A stretch of DNA of 64,000 nt from Syntrophomonadaceae bacterium (GTDB lineage: Bacteria > Bacillota > Syntrophomonadia > Syntrophomonadales > Syntrophomonadaceae), in contig JBMNOY010000001.1 of the NCBI GenBank assembly GCA_050943315.1, positions 37,204 through 101,203 of the forward strand. The letters are read 5' to 3'. A program made the position numbers and the translations under genes. Shown here one piece after another: positions 30,584 through 39,105 of this stretch (its first letter is position 1; each line of letters begins with the position of its first letter). The notes beneath the pieces were generated by a model. The model did not search any database and was not told where the DNA came from. It saw nothing but the letters and a program-made list of their open reading frames with translations.

Positions 30584-30858
30584 CTCTCCTCTTTAGTATT
30601 TACCCATATTTTATGCACCTACCCATAATCTGGTGATGAACTGCGCATAGCATTAACTCACATCCGGGCCAGATTCCTAAACCATACTTCTCCCGCATTT
30701 TGCTTGGCATCAAATCGGCTGCTGCCTGCAATATAAACCTGTAAAAAGGGAAAACTTTTAATACATCACTGATGCCAGCCATGCCTGCTAAACATAACCT
30801 GGATAACATGCTTATTACCACTGTTAAAACTGTAAACTGCGAAAAATGAGGTTATATA

Positions 30859-31521
30859 ATGCATAATTTCTGGCAAAGACTTAGAAATCTGACCCTAGAG
30901 AAATTCACCAGGCATTTACGCAACTTCTTTTATAAAAGAGCGGTTCTACTGGTAGTCCTTAAGAAGCTGGACCGGCTGCCTAATATACAAGAACCCAGAT
31001 TAAATGTGGAATGCCGACTTTTAGGACCAGGTGATATACAGCAAATATCTGATTTAAGCAATTTAGACCAGGAGAAAATTAAGCGTTTTTTTAAAAATGG
31101 TTCCAAATGTCTGGCAGCCTTTTATAATGATAAACTTATAGCCTATTCCTGGTGTCATTATAAGGATTATTATTTCCCCTTTTTTCATTACTTTCTTAAG
31201 GTTCACCAGGGGGTATATATCGGGCCGAATTTTGTAGACCCGCAGTTTCGAGGCCAGCGGGTGCACGGGTTCCTCTTAACGCGTATGTTTGCCATTTTAT
31301 TTGAGGAAGGATACAAATATATTTGGGGTAGTGTGGTTAGTGACAATTATTCTTCTATAAAGGGACTTATTAGTGTAGGATATACTCCACAGCAGCAGGT
31401 TGAGGTGATACGAATATTTAAGATAATCGTGTATAAAAACATATCCGCGATTAATCAGTGGTATGCAGTCAAGACCCTTAACCGCAAGTTTACTTTATGG
31501 CAAAAGGCAGATATTCGCTAG
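30859..31521 (+). CDS. GNAT-like N-acetyltransferase (divergent)
   Basis: An acetyl-CoA-binding-like segment VDPQFRGQRVHGFLL (Q/RxxGxG/A pattern) is followed by SxxNxxSxxxxxxxGY. Confidence 0.5.
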   Translation: MHNFWQRLRNLTLEKFTRHLRNFFYKRAVLLVVLKKLDRLPNIQEPRLNVECRLLGPGDIQQISDLSNLDQEKIKRFFKNGSKCLAAFYNDKLIAYSWCHYKDYYFPFFHYFLKVHQGVYIGPNFVDPQFRGQRVHGFLLTRMFAILFEEGYKYIWGSVVSDNYSSIKGLISVGYTPQQQVEVIRIFKIIVYKNISAINQWYAVKTLNRKFTLWQKADIR

Positions 31522-31525
31522 GGAG

Positions 31526-31554
31526 TAAGAACGCCCGCGATGCAGGCGTTCTTA
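31526..31554. terminator. Hairpin between convergent genes (bidirectional terminator candidate)
   Basis: A 10-bp perfect stem joins taagaacgcc (31526-31535) and ggcgttctta (31545-31554). Confidence 0.55.
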
Positions 31555-31590
31555 AGTGTCACGTATCATCGTAGCCAAACTGTAAATTAG

Positions 31591-33654
31591 TTATGCCCCG
31601 GGTAGCCGTATAATAGCCTTGAACAAATCTCCATCAACGGCAATATTAAAGCTTCCCTGCTGAATCTCGATAAGACTTTGGGCTATGGATAATCCTAACC
31701 CGCTGCCTTGACTGCTTCTGGATACATCTCCCCTTTTGAAACGCTCCATTAACTCATCAGGAGAGATATTAAGCTCCACAGCCGAGATGTTTTTAATGGT
31801 CAAGGTGACCTCAGAGCCGGATTCAATGATGTCAATATATACCCGGGAACCTTCCAGGGCGTACTTAAAGATGTTCATTAACAAATTTTCAATTGCTCTC
31901 CACAATAACTTACCGTCGGCGTTAATATAAACTTTGTCGGGATGACTCAACTTAAAATCTAACCTGCATTCCTGAATTTTATCATCAAATTCTCCCAGTC
32001 CCTGGGTTAGCAAAGATACCAGATCAATTCTCTCGTAGTTTACCGGCATGTTACCGCTGGAGGCCTTGGTGGCCTCAAATAAATCATCGGTTAGTGTTTT
32101 CAGGCGCTGCGCCTTCTGGTCGATTATATCGATATACTCCTGTGATTTGACCTGATCCGGTTCATTTTTGAGCAAATCGACGTAGGTAATAATAGAAGTA
32201 AGCGGTGTTCTGATATCATGCGAAACATTGGTAATCAGTTCACTCTTTAAGCGTTCACTTTTTATTTCATTAGCCACCGCTTTTTTTAAGCCGTCGGTAA
32301 TAGTATTAATATCTGCCGCCAGCTGGGCAAATTCTCCTTCACCGGGTATTTCTATAGTATAGTGTAAGTTTCCCTCTTTCACCTGTTTCACACCATCTTT
32401 AATAGCATTAAATTCCTTAACTTTCTTAAGCGCCAGCCATGCTGCCAGGCCTAAGGTTATGGGAAACACAAAAAAGGTTAAACCTGCAATTATTGGATAG
32501 ACAATAACTGCTATTACAACTTTTACTGCTACACTGCCGCTATTATAGACATCTTTAATAAAGTCAAAAAGTTTGTAGAACAGGATATAGAGTAAGCTAT
32601 GCTTTATGAATGTCCGGTTCTTAATATGTTTGACCAGGGATAAAACCAGTATTAAGCCAGGCACAGCTATTAATAGAGTAATCGGAAATACAAGGTAATA
32701 AAATCTATAATGCAGCCCAAGAGACATGAACCCGAACCAGGTTAAAATAAGTAATAAGCACAGAAACAGGTTAATATCATTATATATTCTGTCCACAGAG
32801 TTTAGATGAATGGCTTGGTCGTCTGATTTTCTGCCTGTCACTAAAAACAGATAAATTAAGGCTAGAAGCAGGGCCAAGGAAAAACCGGCTAATTGATAAA
32901 GACTGTTGGTTACCTGGCTTTTGTCTTTTTCCCATTGTGCAATGCGGGGATTTAGAAACTCTTGACTAAAGGCAATATACATAGTGTCCTGAAGTTCCAA
33001 TTGGTCATAAAAGGGAGAGATCCAATGATAGTTGGTGTTTTCTTTAATATCAGAGGGATACACAACCTGTTCCGAACTATCAAAAATCATATAGGAGGGG
33101 AATGATTTAAAATATTCTTTGGACTTATTAGGGCTGTTGGTAAAAACAGTCTTATCATTATTGACACAGTACACAAGTCCATGATATTCATTTAAACTCC
33201 GCAACATGCTCCGGTATTGGCGAAGGTCATACTGTATTATTTGATTTCTTATTTGTGAAATTCTATCCGCATAGACTTCCTGAAATACCTTATAGTTTTC
33301 CGCAGTGGATAAATTAGGGTTATAGCTCTTGGAACTGTATTGGAATTCTTCGAACATCTGGTTCTCTTTTTCGGAAACATTATCTTCGGATATCGTACCC
33401 CCGTTTAAGATGTTTTCTTCACTCTTATATTTTTGAGTTATGTCGGTTAAAGTTTGCACAATCTGTTGGCTATCAGTTATAAAGGATTCACTCACATAAT
33501 AGTTTTTTTCAAAGGCCAAGTTAAAATCGCCGTTGTGACCTTCAATAATGTTTAACAGCACGGTTATGGCACCGCTAAAACATAGAACAGAGATTAAAAA
33601 CACAATGATTTTAGTTGTTACTGAGTAACTATATTTTTTCCATTTTGTACCCAA
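31591..33654 (-). CDS. Sensor histidine kinase with a large extracytoplasmic domain and a multi-TM block
   Basis: An N-terminal TM helix is followed by about 220 extracytoplasmic residues, then roughly 5 TM helices and a HAMP-like linker. It has the H-box SHDIRTPLTSI and a HATPase G-box GSGLGLSIA. Confidence 0.9.
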   Translation of the reverse strand: MGTKWKKYSYSVTTKIIVFLISVLCFSGAITVLLNIIEGHNGDFNLAFEKNYYVSESFITDSQQIVQTLTDITQKYKSEENILNGGTISEDNVSEKENQMFEEFQYSSKSYNPNLSTAENYKVFQEVYADRISQIRNQIIQYDLRQYRSMLRSLNEYHGLVYCVNNDKTVFTNSPNKSKEYFKSFPSYMIFDSSEQVVYPSDIKENTNYHWISPFYDQLELQDTMYIAFSQEFLNPRIAQWEKDKSQVTNSLYQLAGFSLALLLALIYLFLVTGRKSDDQAIHLNSVDRIYNDINLFLCLLLILTWFGFMSLGLHYRFYYLVFPITLLIAVPGLILVLSLVKHIKNRTFIKHSLLYILFYKLFDFIKDVYNSGSVAVKVVIAVIVYPIIAGLTFFVFPITLGLAAWLALKKVKEFNAIKDGVKQVKEGNLHYTIEIPGEGEFAQLAADINTITDGLKKAVANEIKSERLKSELITNVSHDIRTPLTSIITYVDLLKNEPDQVKSQEYIDIIDQKAQRLKTLTDDLFEATKASSGNMPVNYERIDLVSLLTQGLGEFDDKIQECRLDFKLSHPDKVYINADGKLLWRAIENLLMNIFKYALEGSRVYIDIIESGSEVTLTIKNISAVELNISPDELMERFKRGDVSRSSQGSGLGLSIAQSLIEIQQGSFNIAVDGDLFKAIIRLPGA

Positions 33655-34315
33655 TTCCCCATACCACCTTTAAGTATTTTGGCTCTTTTGGATTTATCTC
33701 AATTTTTTCCCTTATTCTGCGGATATGGACGGCCACAGTATTTTCTGCGCTTAAGGCAGCTTCCTGCCATACTTTTTCGTATATTTCATCAATGGAATAT
33801 ACCTTACCCGCATTGGCCGTTAACAGCTTGAGTATTTTGTACTGTACCGGGGTCAGCTTGACTTCTTCACCATCTACCGTTACCTGTTTGCTTTCATCGT
33901 CTATTACCAGACCTCCGGTTTGGTAGACATTGCTTTTACTTTCCATGCTGCCCAGGGTAGTATACCTTCGTAGCTGGGACTTAACCCGGGCAATAAGCTC
34001 CAAAGGATTAAAAGGCTTGGTAATATAATCATCAGCCCCCATATTCAAGCCAATTATTTTGTCGGTGTCCTCTGACCGGGCAGAAAGCATAATCACCGGT
34101 AGGTTATTATCTTCTCGAAGCTTAATGGTGGCTCTTAAACCATCCATCTGCGGCATCATGATATCCATAATAACCAGGTGTATCTGTTCAGCTTCTATTA
34201 TTTTTAATGCTTCCAGTCCATTGCCAGCTTTAAAAACCTTATAGCCTTCATTTTCCAGATAAATTTTTATTGCTTCGGAAATCTCCTTGTCATCATCGCA
34301 GACCAGAATATTCAT
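33629..34315 (-). CDS. OmpR/PhoB-family response regulator
   Basis: The receiver domain shows MNILVCDDD and the phospho-acceptor context VIMDIMMPQMDG. The winged-helix C-terminus reads VHIRRIREKIE...VWGIGYK. Confidence 0.95.
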   Translation of the reverse strand: MNILVCDDDKEISEAIKIYLENEGYKVFKAGNGLEALKIIEAEQIHLVIMDIMMPQMDGLRATIKLREDNNLPVIMLSARSEDTDKIIGLNMGADDYITKPFNPLELIARVKSQLRRYTTLGSMESKSNVYQTGGLVIDDESKQVTVDGEEVKLTPVQYKILKLLTANAGKVYSIDEIYEKVWQEAALSAENTVAVHIRRIREKIEINPKEPKYLKVVWGIGYKMEKI

Positions 34316-34392
34316 GATGAATCACTCCTGTTTGTGAAGTCGTTCAAATTATATCACACCCTTTGCTTATTACTTTAGGTAATGATAGCAGG

Positions 34393-34436
34393 CAAATCTT
34401 ACGATAATGCTGACCCAAATCTTAAGAATTTCTTAA
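34393..34436. promoter_or_regulatory. Direct repeats in the divergent intergenic region (candidate response-regulator boxes)
   Basis: CAAATCTTA occurs twice, at 34393-34401 and 34416-34424. A degenerate third copy, AATTTCTTA, ends at 34435. The site lies between the RR-HK operon and the MFS gene. Confidence 0.3.
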
Positions 34437-34563
34437 CAAGCGTTTTAGGTTCAAACGCCTAAAATCTTGCTGTTTTTCTAAAACAGTAAAATCATCACCA
34501 GCAGGTAAAAAATGGGCGGGCTTGCGGATGAGGGAGAAAAGCTGATATAGTCATACAGGAAAT

Positions 34564-35802
34564 ATGTTAATAGGAGCAGATATTTTGGACATATACAATA
34601 ACTGGAAGAAGAACACTACACTTTTCCTAACCAGCCAGGCAATATCTTTTTTCGGCTCCATGCTGGTCCAATATGCTATTACCTGGTATATTACTCTGGA
34701 AACACAGTCCGGGGTAATGATGACCATTGCGATTATTTGTGGTTTTCTGCCCACCTTTTTTCTTTCACCGTTTGCAGGGGTGTGGGCCGACCGTTATAAT
34801 CGCAAGCTATTGATTGCATTGTCAGATTCACTTATTGCACTAACGACGCTTATTTTAGCCCTACTGTTTTTTATCGGCTATGACTCCATATGGCTGCTTT
34901 TTGCGGCATCGGCTCTTCGTTCTATTGGGGCAGGAATTCAGATGCCGGCGATAGGAGCCTTTCTTCCCGGGATTGTGCCCGAAGACCAGCTTACCAGGGT
35001 AAATGGGATTAATAGCAGTATTCAGTCCCTGGTTATGCTCATATCGCCCATGCTTAGCGGTGCTCTGCTAACCTTTACTACCATTGAGATGGTATTTTTT
35101 ATCGATGTAGCTACAGCAGCTCTGGCGGTGGCTATTCTGCTTTTCTTCCTGCATGTTCCCGCTCATGCTAAAGCCCGGAAAAAACAAAAAATCAGCTACT
35201 TTGCCGACATGTATGCCGGGGTTAAATATATTAATAACCATGGATTTATTAAGACACTGTTTGTATTTTGTGCCGTATACTTTGTACTTGTGGCCCCTTT
35301 ATCATTTTTAACTCCGCTGCAGGTCACACGCAGTTTTGGTGATGATGTCTGGCGTTTGACGGCAATTGAAATGGCCTTTTCCATCGGTATGACCTCGGGC
35401 GGTATTATTATCGCCTCCTGGGGCGGGTTTAGAAACAAGCTTCACACCATGGCCCTATCATATTTTACGGTTGCCTTTTGTACTTTTGGATTAGGAGTGA
35501 TTCCCGTATTTTGGATTTACCTTTTCCTGATGGGTGTGGTGGGAATTGCTATGCCAGTCTTTAATACACCATTTATGGTTTTGTTACAGCAGAAAGTTGA
35601 GCCGGATTTCCTGGGCCGAGTATTTGGTGTTTTAACTACTATATCGAGTTCAGTAATGCCGCTGGCCATGCTGATCTACGGGCCCATAGCTGATGTAATT
35701 AAAATAGAATGGTTGCTGGTTGTGACCGGCTTGCTCATGCTGGTGCAAAGTTTTCTGTTGTTACGTAACAGGGTACTGATTGAGGCGGGAAAGACCACAT
35801 AA
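34564..35802 (+). CDS. MFS transporter (efflux-type, about 12 TM helices)
   Basis: The hydrophobic profile shows about 12 helices. The loop 2-3 motif GVWADRYNRK is typical of MFS transporters. Confidence 0.85.
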   Translation: MLIGADILDIYNNWKKNTTLFLTSQAISFFGSMLVQYAITWYITLETQSGVMMTIAIICGFLPTFFLSPFAGVWADRYNRKLLIALSDSLIALTTLILALLFFIGYDSIWLLFAASALRSIGAGIQMPAIGAFLPGIVPEDQLTRVNGINSSIQSLVMLISPMLSGALLTFTTIEMVFFIDVATAALAVAILLFFLHVPAHAKARKKQKISYFADMYAGVKYINNHGFIKTLFVFCAVYFVLVAPLSFLTPLQVTRSFGDDVWRLTAIEMAFSIGMTSGGIIIASWGGFRNKLHTMALSYFTVAFCTFGLGVIPVFWIYLFLMGVVGIAMPVFNTPFMVLLQQKVEPDFLGRVFGVLTTISSSVMPLAMLIYGPIADVIKIEWLLVVTGLLMLVQSFLLLRNRVLIEAGKTT

Positions 35803-35939
35803 AACCCAAAGCGGCTGATTCCTTCCCAGGGGAAGGGAATACCTATGCTTAACTTCATATCGGCATTACCCTTACCCAGGAAGTAGCCGGCCACAAATAA
35901 CTGTGGTTTAATATCTATTAAGTGCCTGAACTTGAGTTG

Positions 35940-37289
35940 CTAGTCCTTTTTGCTCAATGCATTAACAATTACGGTGGCGGCTTCACCGCGACTGGCTAAT
36001 GCCTGTGGCCTAAAGGTTTTATCTGGACAGCCGGAAATAATGTGCGCCTTAAAGGCTGTTAAAACCGCAGGTCGAGACCAGGGAGAGACTTGGGAGCTGT
36101 CACTAAATACCTCAGCAGTGTTTATCTGGGAGTGAGTATCCAGTTGGGCTGCTTTAACGATCATGACTGCCATCTGTTCCCTGGTGATAGGATCATCCGG
36201 CCCAAATGAAGTTTCATTATAACCCGATACAATTCCATGGCCTTGTGCAGTTGCTATATAGTCCCTGGCCCAGTGAGCCGATGTATCACTAAATATTTTT
36301 CCCGTTACCGGGCTGAGTTTAAAAGACTTAACCAGGGCTACGGCAAATTCTGCCCGGCTAATTTGATTATCGGCCCGGTAGGTGCCATCAGGATAACCAC
36401 TTAGGGATTTGTTTATTTGCAACTGCTTGATATTCTCTTCTGCCCAATGACCGGAAATATCTTTAAAAGGGGATATGAGAATATCTTTGGCAACAGGAGT
36501 ATCTGCTCTATCCGTATTTTTGTTGCTCATAAACTTGGTTTCCGGCATCGTAACTGGCTTCTGGGGAGGAAGCTGGTATACTGCAGGAATCACCGGAGCC
36601 GATGCCTGCCAGGCTTTCGCCGGAGACTGGGAATCATCATCTAACACCCGGCGGGCTTCTAAAAAGTGCTCCCCATACCAGTACTTGAAACTAGTAGTTA
36701 TCCCAATAGCGGTCGGCCGCTCGGAAACAGTTTGTATTATTGCCGGCTGACCATTGATTTCTCCCATATAAATAGCTACATGGCCTATATGGGTCCCATT
36801 GCCATCACTATCTGCAGCCCAGAAAGTAAAAATGTCTCCCGGTCTTAAATTCTTAATACCCACCAGTTCGTATTTGCTGCTGCCTTCAATCTTGCGGGAA
36901 TAAACTCCAGCTACTTTTTTACCCACCTGATTATATTTCTTTGAGGCTGAGGTAATCGAATATCCCAGGTCTTTATAAACCAAAGAAACAAAATTAGAAC
37001 AATCTATAAATCCCGTATCCCAATATTTGCTATGGCCATATACCATATATCCGTTTTCCATATACCATATTGCTCTGGCTATCAATGCCTGTGCTTCACT
37101 ATGGTTGTAGTTTATAAGAAAAGCGTCAGCAAGTTTTTTATCGTTTTTCAGGTAGGCAGGATAGTTGTCCTTAAACTTCTCAACATACTTGTCGGCATTG
37201 CCGGCCGCACTTACAACAGATGCGCTTTGTAGTCCGGTAGCGGTAAGTAAAAACATTACCAGACTAATAACTAAAACCCTTTTGAACAT
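35940..37289 (-). CDS. NlpC/P60 (C40) cell-wall peptidase with three C-terminal SLH domains
   Basis: A signal peptide is present. The catalytic Cys context is GFIDCSNFV and the His context is GTHIGHVAIYMG. Three SLH-like repeats follow: FKDISGHWAEENI, FSDTSAHWARDYI and FSDSSQVSPWSRPAV. Confidence 0.85.
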   Translation of the reverse strand: MFKRVLVISLVMFLLTATGLQSASVVSAAGNADKYVEKFKDNYPAYLKNDKKLADAFLINYNHSEAQALIARAIWYMENGYMVYGHSKYWDTGFIDCSNFVSLVYKDLGYSITSASKKYNQVGKKVAGVYSRKIEGSSKYELVGIKNLRPGDIFTFWAADSDGNGTHIGHVAIYMGEINGQPAIIQTVSERPTAIGITTSFKYWYGEHFLEARRVLDDDSQSPAKAWQASAPVIPAVYQLPPQKPVTMPETKFMSNKNTDRADTPVAKDILISPFKDISGHWAEENIKQLQINKSLSGYPDGTYRADNQISRAEFAVALVKSFKLSPVTGKIFSDTSAHWARDYIATAQGHGIVSGYNETSFGPDDPITREQMAVMIVKAAQLDTHSQINTAEVFSDSSQVSPWSRPAVLTAFKAHIISGCPDKTFRPQALASRGEAATVIVNALSKKD

Positions 37290-37580
37290 AACTTTACCTC
37301 CACATAGAATAATTGGTACTATTTAAGGAATTTGCTGCAATAGGTTACATGCCCTTTATGTAAATTGTGGCAATAGGCCACGAAGACAATAATAACAATG
37401 TTTTGAAACCGTTAAAAAAGTAGTAATAGACATACGGATGATACCTAAAGTAGCAAATAATTTTTCATCCAGGTGCCAGGATTTTTAATTAGATGGCGTA
37501 TTGCTTATTAGATATCTCCTTTTGGTACTAAAGAATACCATGAGTATAAGAAGACTTTTACAGAAAGGCTGTGAGTAATT

Positions 37581-38081
37581 ATGAAGTACGGTAAAGCTCC
37601 TCAAGCTTCTGGTGTAATGTCCATAATCCTTTTATTTGCGATGATTAGTAGTGCTATCATGCTGGGTGGCTGCAGCAGCAAAACCAACTCCGAGGTTGGT
37701 TATGCCAATGATGAGTTTGGATTTACCTTGGTCATGCCAAGAAGTTTCATGAATGATATTGATATTAAAGAAACAGGTGATGCAGTTTACTTTGTAAACC
37801 AGGAGATTCAAGCAACCCTCCCGGAACATATTATGGGCGTTGTGGGAAGAATTGAAGTTTATGATAAAGGAGAATTTACCAGAGAGAACCTAAAGGAAAA
37901 TGAGGAAAGCTATTCCTTAAGATATTTGGGAGAAAATGAAAGATATTATTTTGGCTGGGCTCACGCTACAGATGTCCAAGTTCCTATTGAAGCTTCAGAA
38001 GCGTTAAAAGAGAGATGCAGAGCTATGGAGAAAGAATTTAACGAGATAATAAAGACATTTAAAATTACTGATATTTCTTAA
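37581..38081 (+). CDS. Putative lipoprotein, unknown function
   Basis: A signal peptide ends in the lipobox LGGC (MLGGCSS). Confidence 0.6.
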   Translation: MKYGKAPQASGVMSIILLFAMISSAIMLGGCSSKTNSEVGYANDEFGFTLVMPRSFMNDIDIKETGDAVYFVNQEIQATLPEHIMGVVGRIEVYDKGEFTRENLKENEESYSLRYLGENERYYFGWAHATDVQVPIEASEALKERCRAMEKEFNEIIKTFKITDIS

Positions 38082-38303
38082 TAGAATATTCTAATTAGCA
38101 GGTACATCCCAACCCAAAATCTAATTGAATAGGGAAGTAATTGCAACTGCGGGGAGGAGAAAATATTACGGACATACAGGAACGTCTAGCGGAGACATCC
38201 CGGTTGTTTAAGCCAAGCTCAACAGTTGCTTCGTAATTTCCAAACCGAACTAGCCGATGTTCAAAAATCCAATGACTCCATAGAAATTGGAGGAATATCA
38301 ACC

Positions 38304-38501
38304 ATGGCTGATTTCCTGCTGGATGGGTTATTATTTGACTGGATTGTCCAATCGCAAATAAACAATGCTCAAAATCGAACCCGCCAGCTTATACAAAAAA
38401 TACAGTCAACTATTGAGGATTTGCGCCAAATACAGGAAAAAAACAGGCAAGCCGCGCAGGAGCTGGATAAAGAAAGAAGACGAATAATTGAAACTGCTTA
38501 G
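38304..38501 (+). CDS. Small coiled-coil protein (65 aa); may be the intact remainder of a longer frameshifted gene
   Basis: The RBS TTGGAGGAA lies 9 nt before ATG-38304. The ORF track extends it to a TTG at 38226 that has no RBS. An upstream piece in another frame (38165-38236) reads as a continuation. Confidence 0.35.
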   Translation: MADFLLDGLLFDWIVQSQINNAQNRTRQLIQKIQSTIEDLRQIQEKNRQAAQELDKERRRIIETA

Positions 38502-38589
38502 TAATGGAGGGTTATTCTAACAAGCCATCATGTGCAACAAGTTTAAATAAATCCGCATAAACTTATCAATAACCGATTAGGAGTCAAGT

Positions 38590-38748
38590 ATGCGAAAAAT
38601 CGATGGTCAAAAGTTTATTCAGAATTTGGCCCTTAGTCTTCTTATTATTCCTTTTGTTTTGAGGCTATTGCCCAATATTAATTGGGAAGCTTATTTTGCT
38701 GTTGGAATATTGATATTATTTTTGTGCATTTTTGTTCAAAAGAAATAG
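38590..38748 (+). CDS. Small membrane protein (52 aa), below the ORF-track cut-off
   Basis: TAGGAG lies 6 nt before the ATG. The product, MRKIDGQKFIQNLALSLLIIPFVLRLLPNINWEAYFAVGILILFLCIFVQKK, has two hydrophobic helices. Confidence 0.3.
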   Translation: MRKIDGQKFIQNLALSLLIIPFVLRLLPNINWEAYFAVGILILFLCIFVQKK

Positions 38749-38812
38749 TTGAAAAGCTTTATCCAGATAGTGAAGAAAAGCCGGAACGGCCGAAGCCCTT
38801 TTTAGTCTGGCA

Positions 38813-39052
38813 ATGAAGGTATTGGGCGCGGTGTTAATCGTCCAGGCTTTGCCTGATGCAGTACAGGTATTATCTAACCTTGTATACATAAAAAGTGTTA
38901 GCCCGGTATGGGATACCGATGTCCAAAGACAATTCATATATACCCGTCTGCTTTCTACAATATTGTATTTTATTATTGGCTGGCATCTGCTCAAGGGGGG
39001 ACAATTGTTGGTACGTATGGCTTTTCGGGATACTGTAAAGGAAGATGGATGA
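38813..39052 (+). CDS. Small membrane protein (79 aa)
   Basis: The ORF has two hydrophobic segments. There is no convincing RBS. Confidence 0.3.
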   Translation: MKVLGAVLIVQALPDAVQVLSNLVYIKSVSPVWDTDVQRQFIYTRLLSTILYFIIGWHLLKGGQLLVRMAFRDTVKEDG

Positions 39053-39105
39053 ATATACGGCCTTAAATAATTCGGTTATAAACGATAAAAATGGGGGGGT
39101 AAATT

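Noticed and set aside
30018-30596. A 192-aa + strand ORF antisense to the DUF2935-like gene.
   Set aside because: The translation is Ser/Arg-rich and low in complexity, and there is no RBS. It lies entirely within a better-supported gene on the other strand, so it is a typical shadow ORF.
30600-30821. A 73-aa minus-strand ORF between the DUF2935-like and GNAT-like genes.
   Set aside because: It has no RBS and no recognisable motif, and it occupies what is more likely the divergent promoter region. It remains only an unsupported possibility.
33629-33654. A 26-nt overlap between the response-regulator and kinase genes, considered as a possible frameshift or fusion.
   Set aside because: Both ORFs are complete with normal termini. 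Overlaps like this are common in two-component operons.
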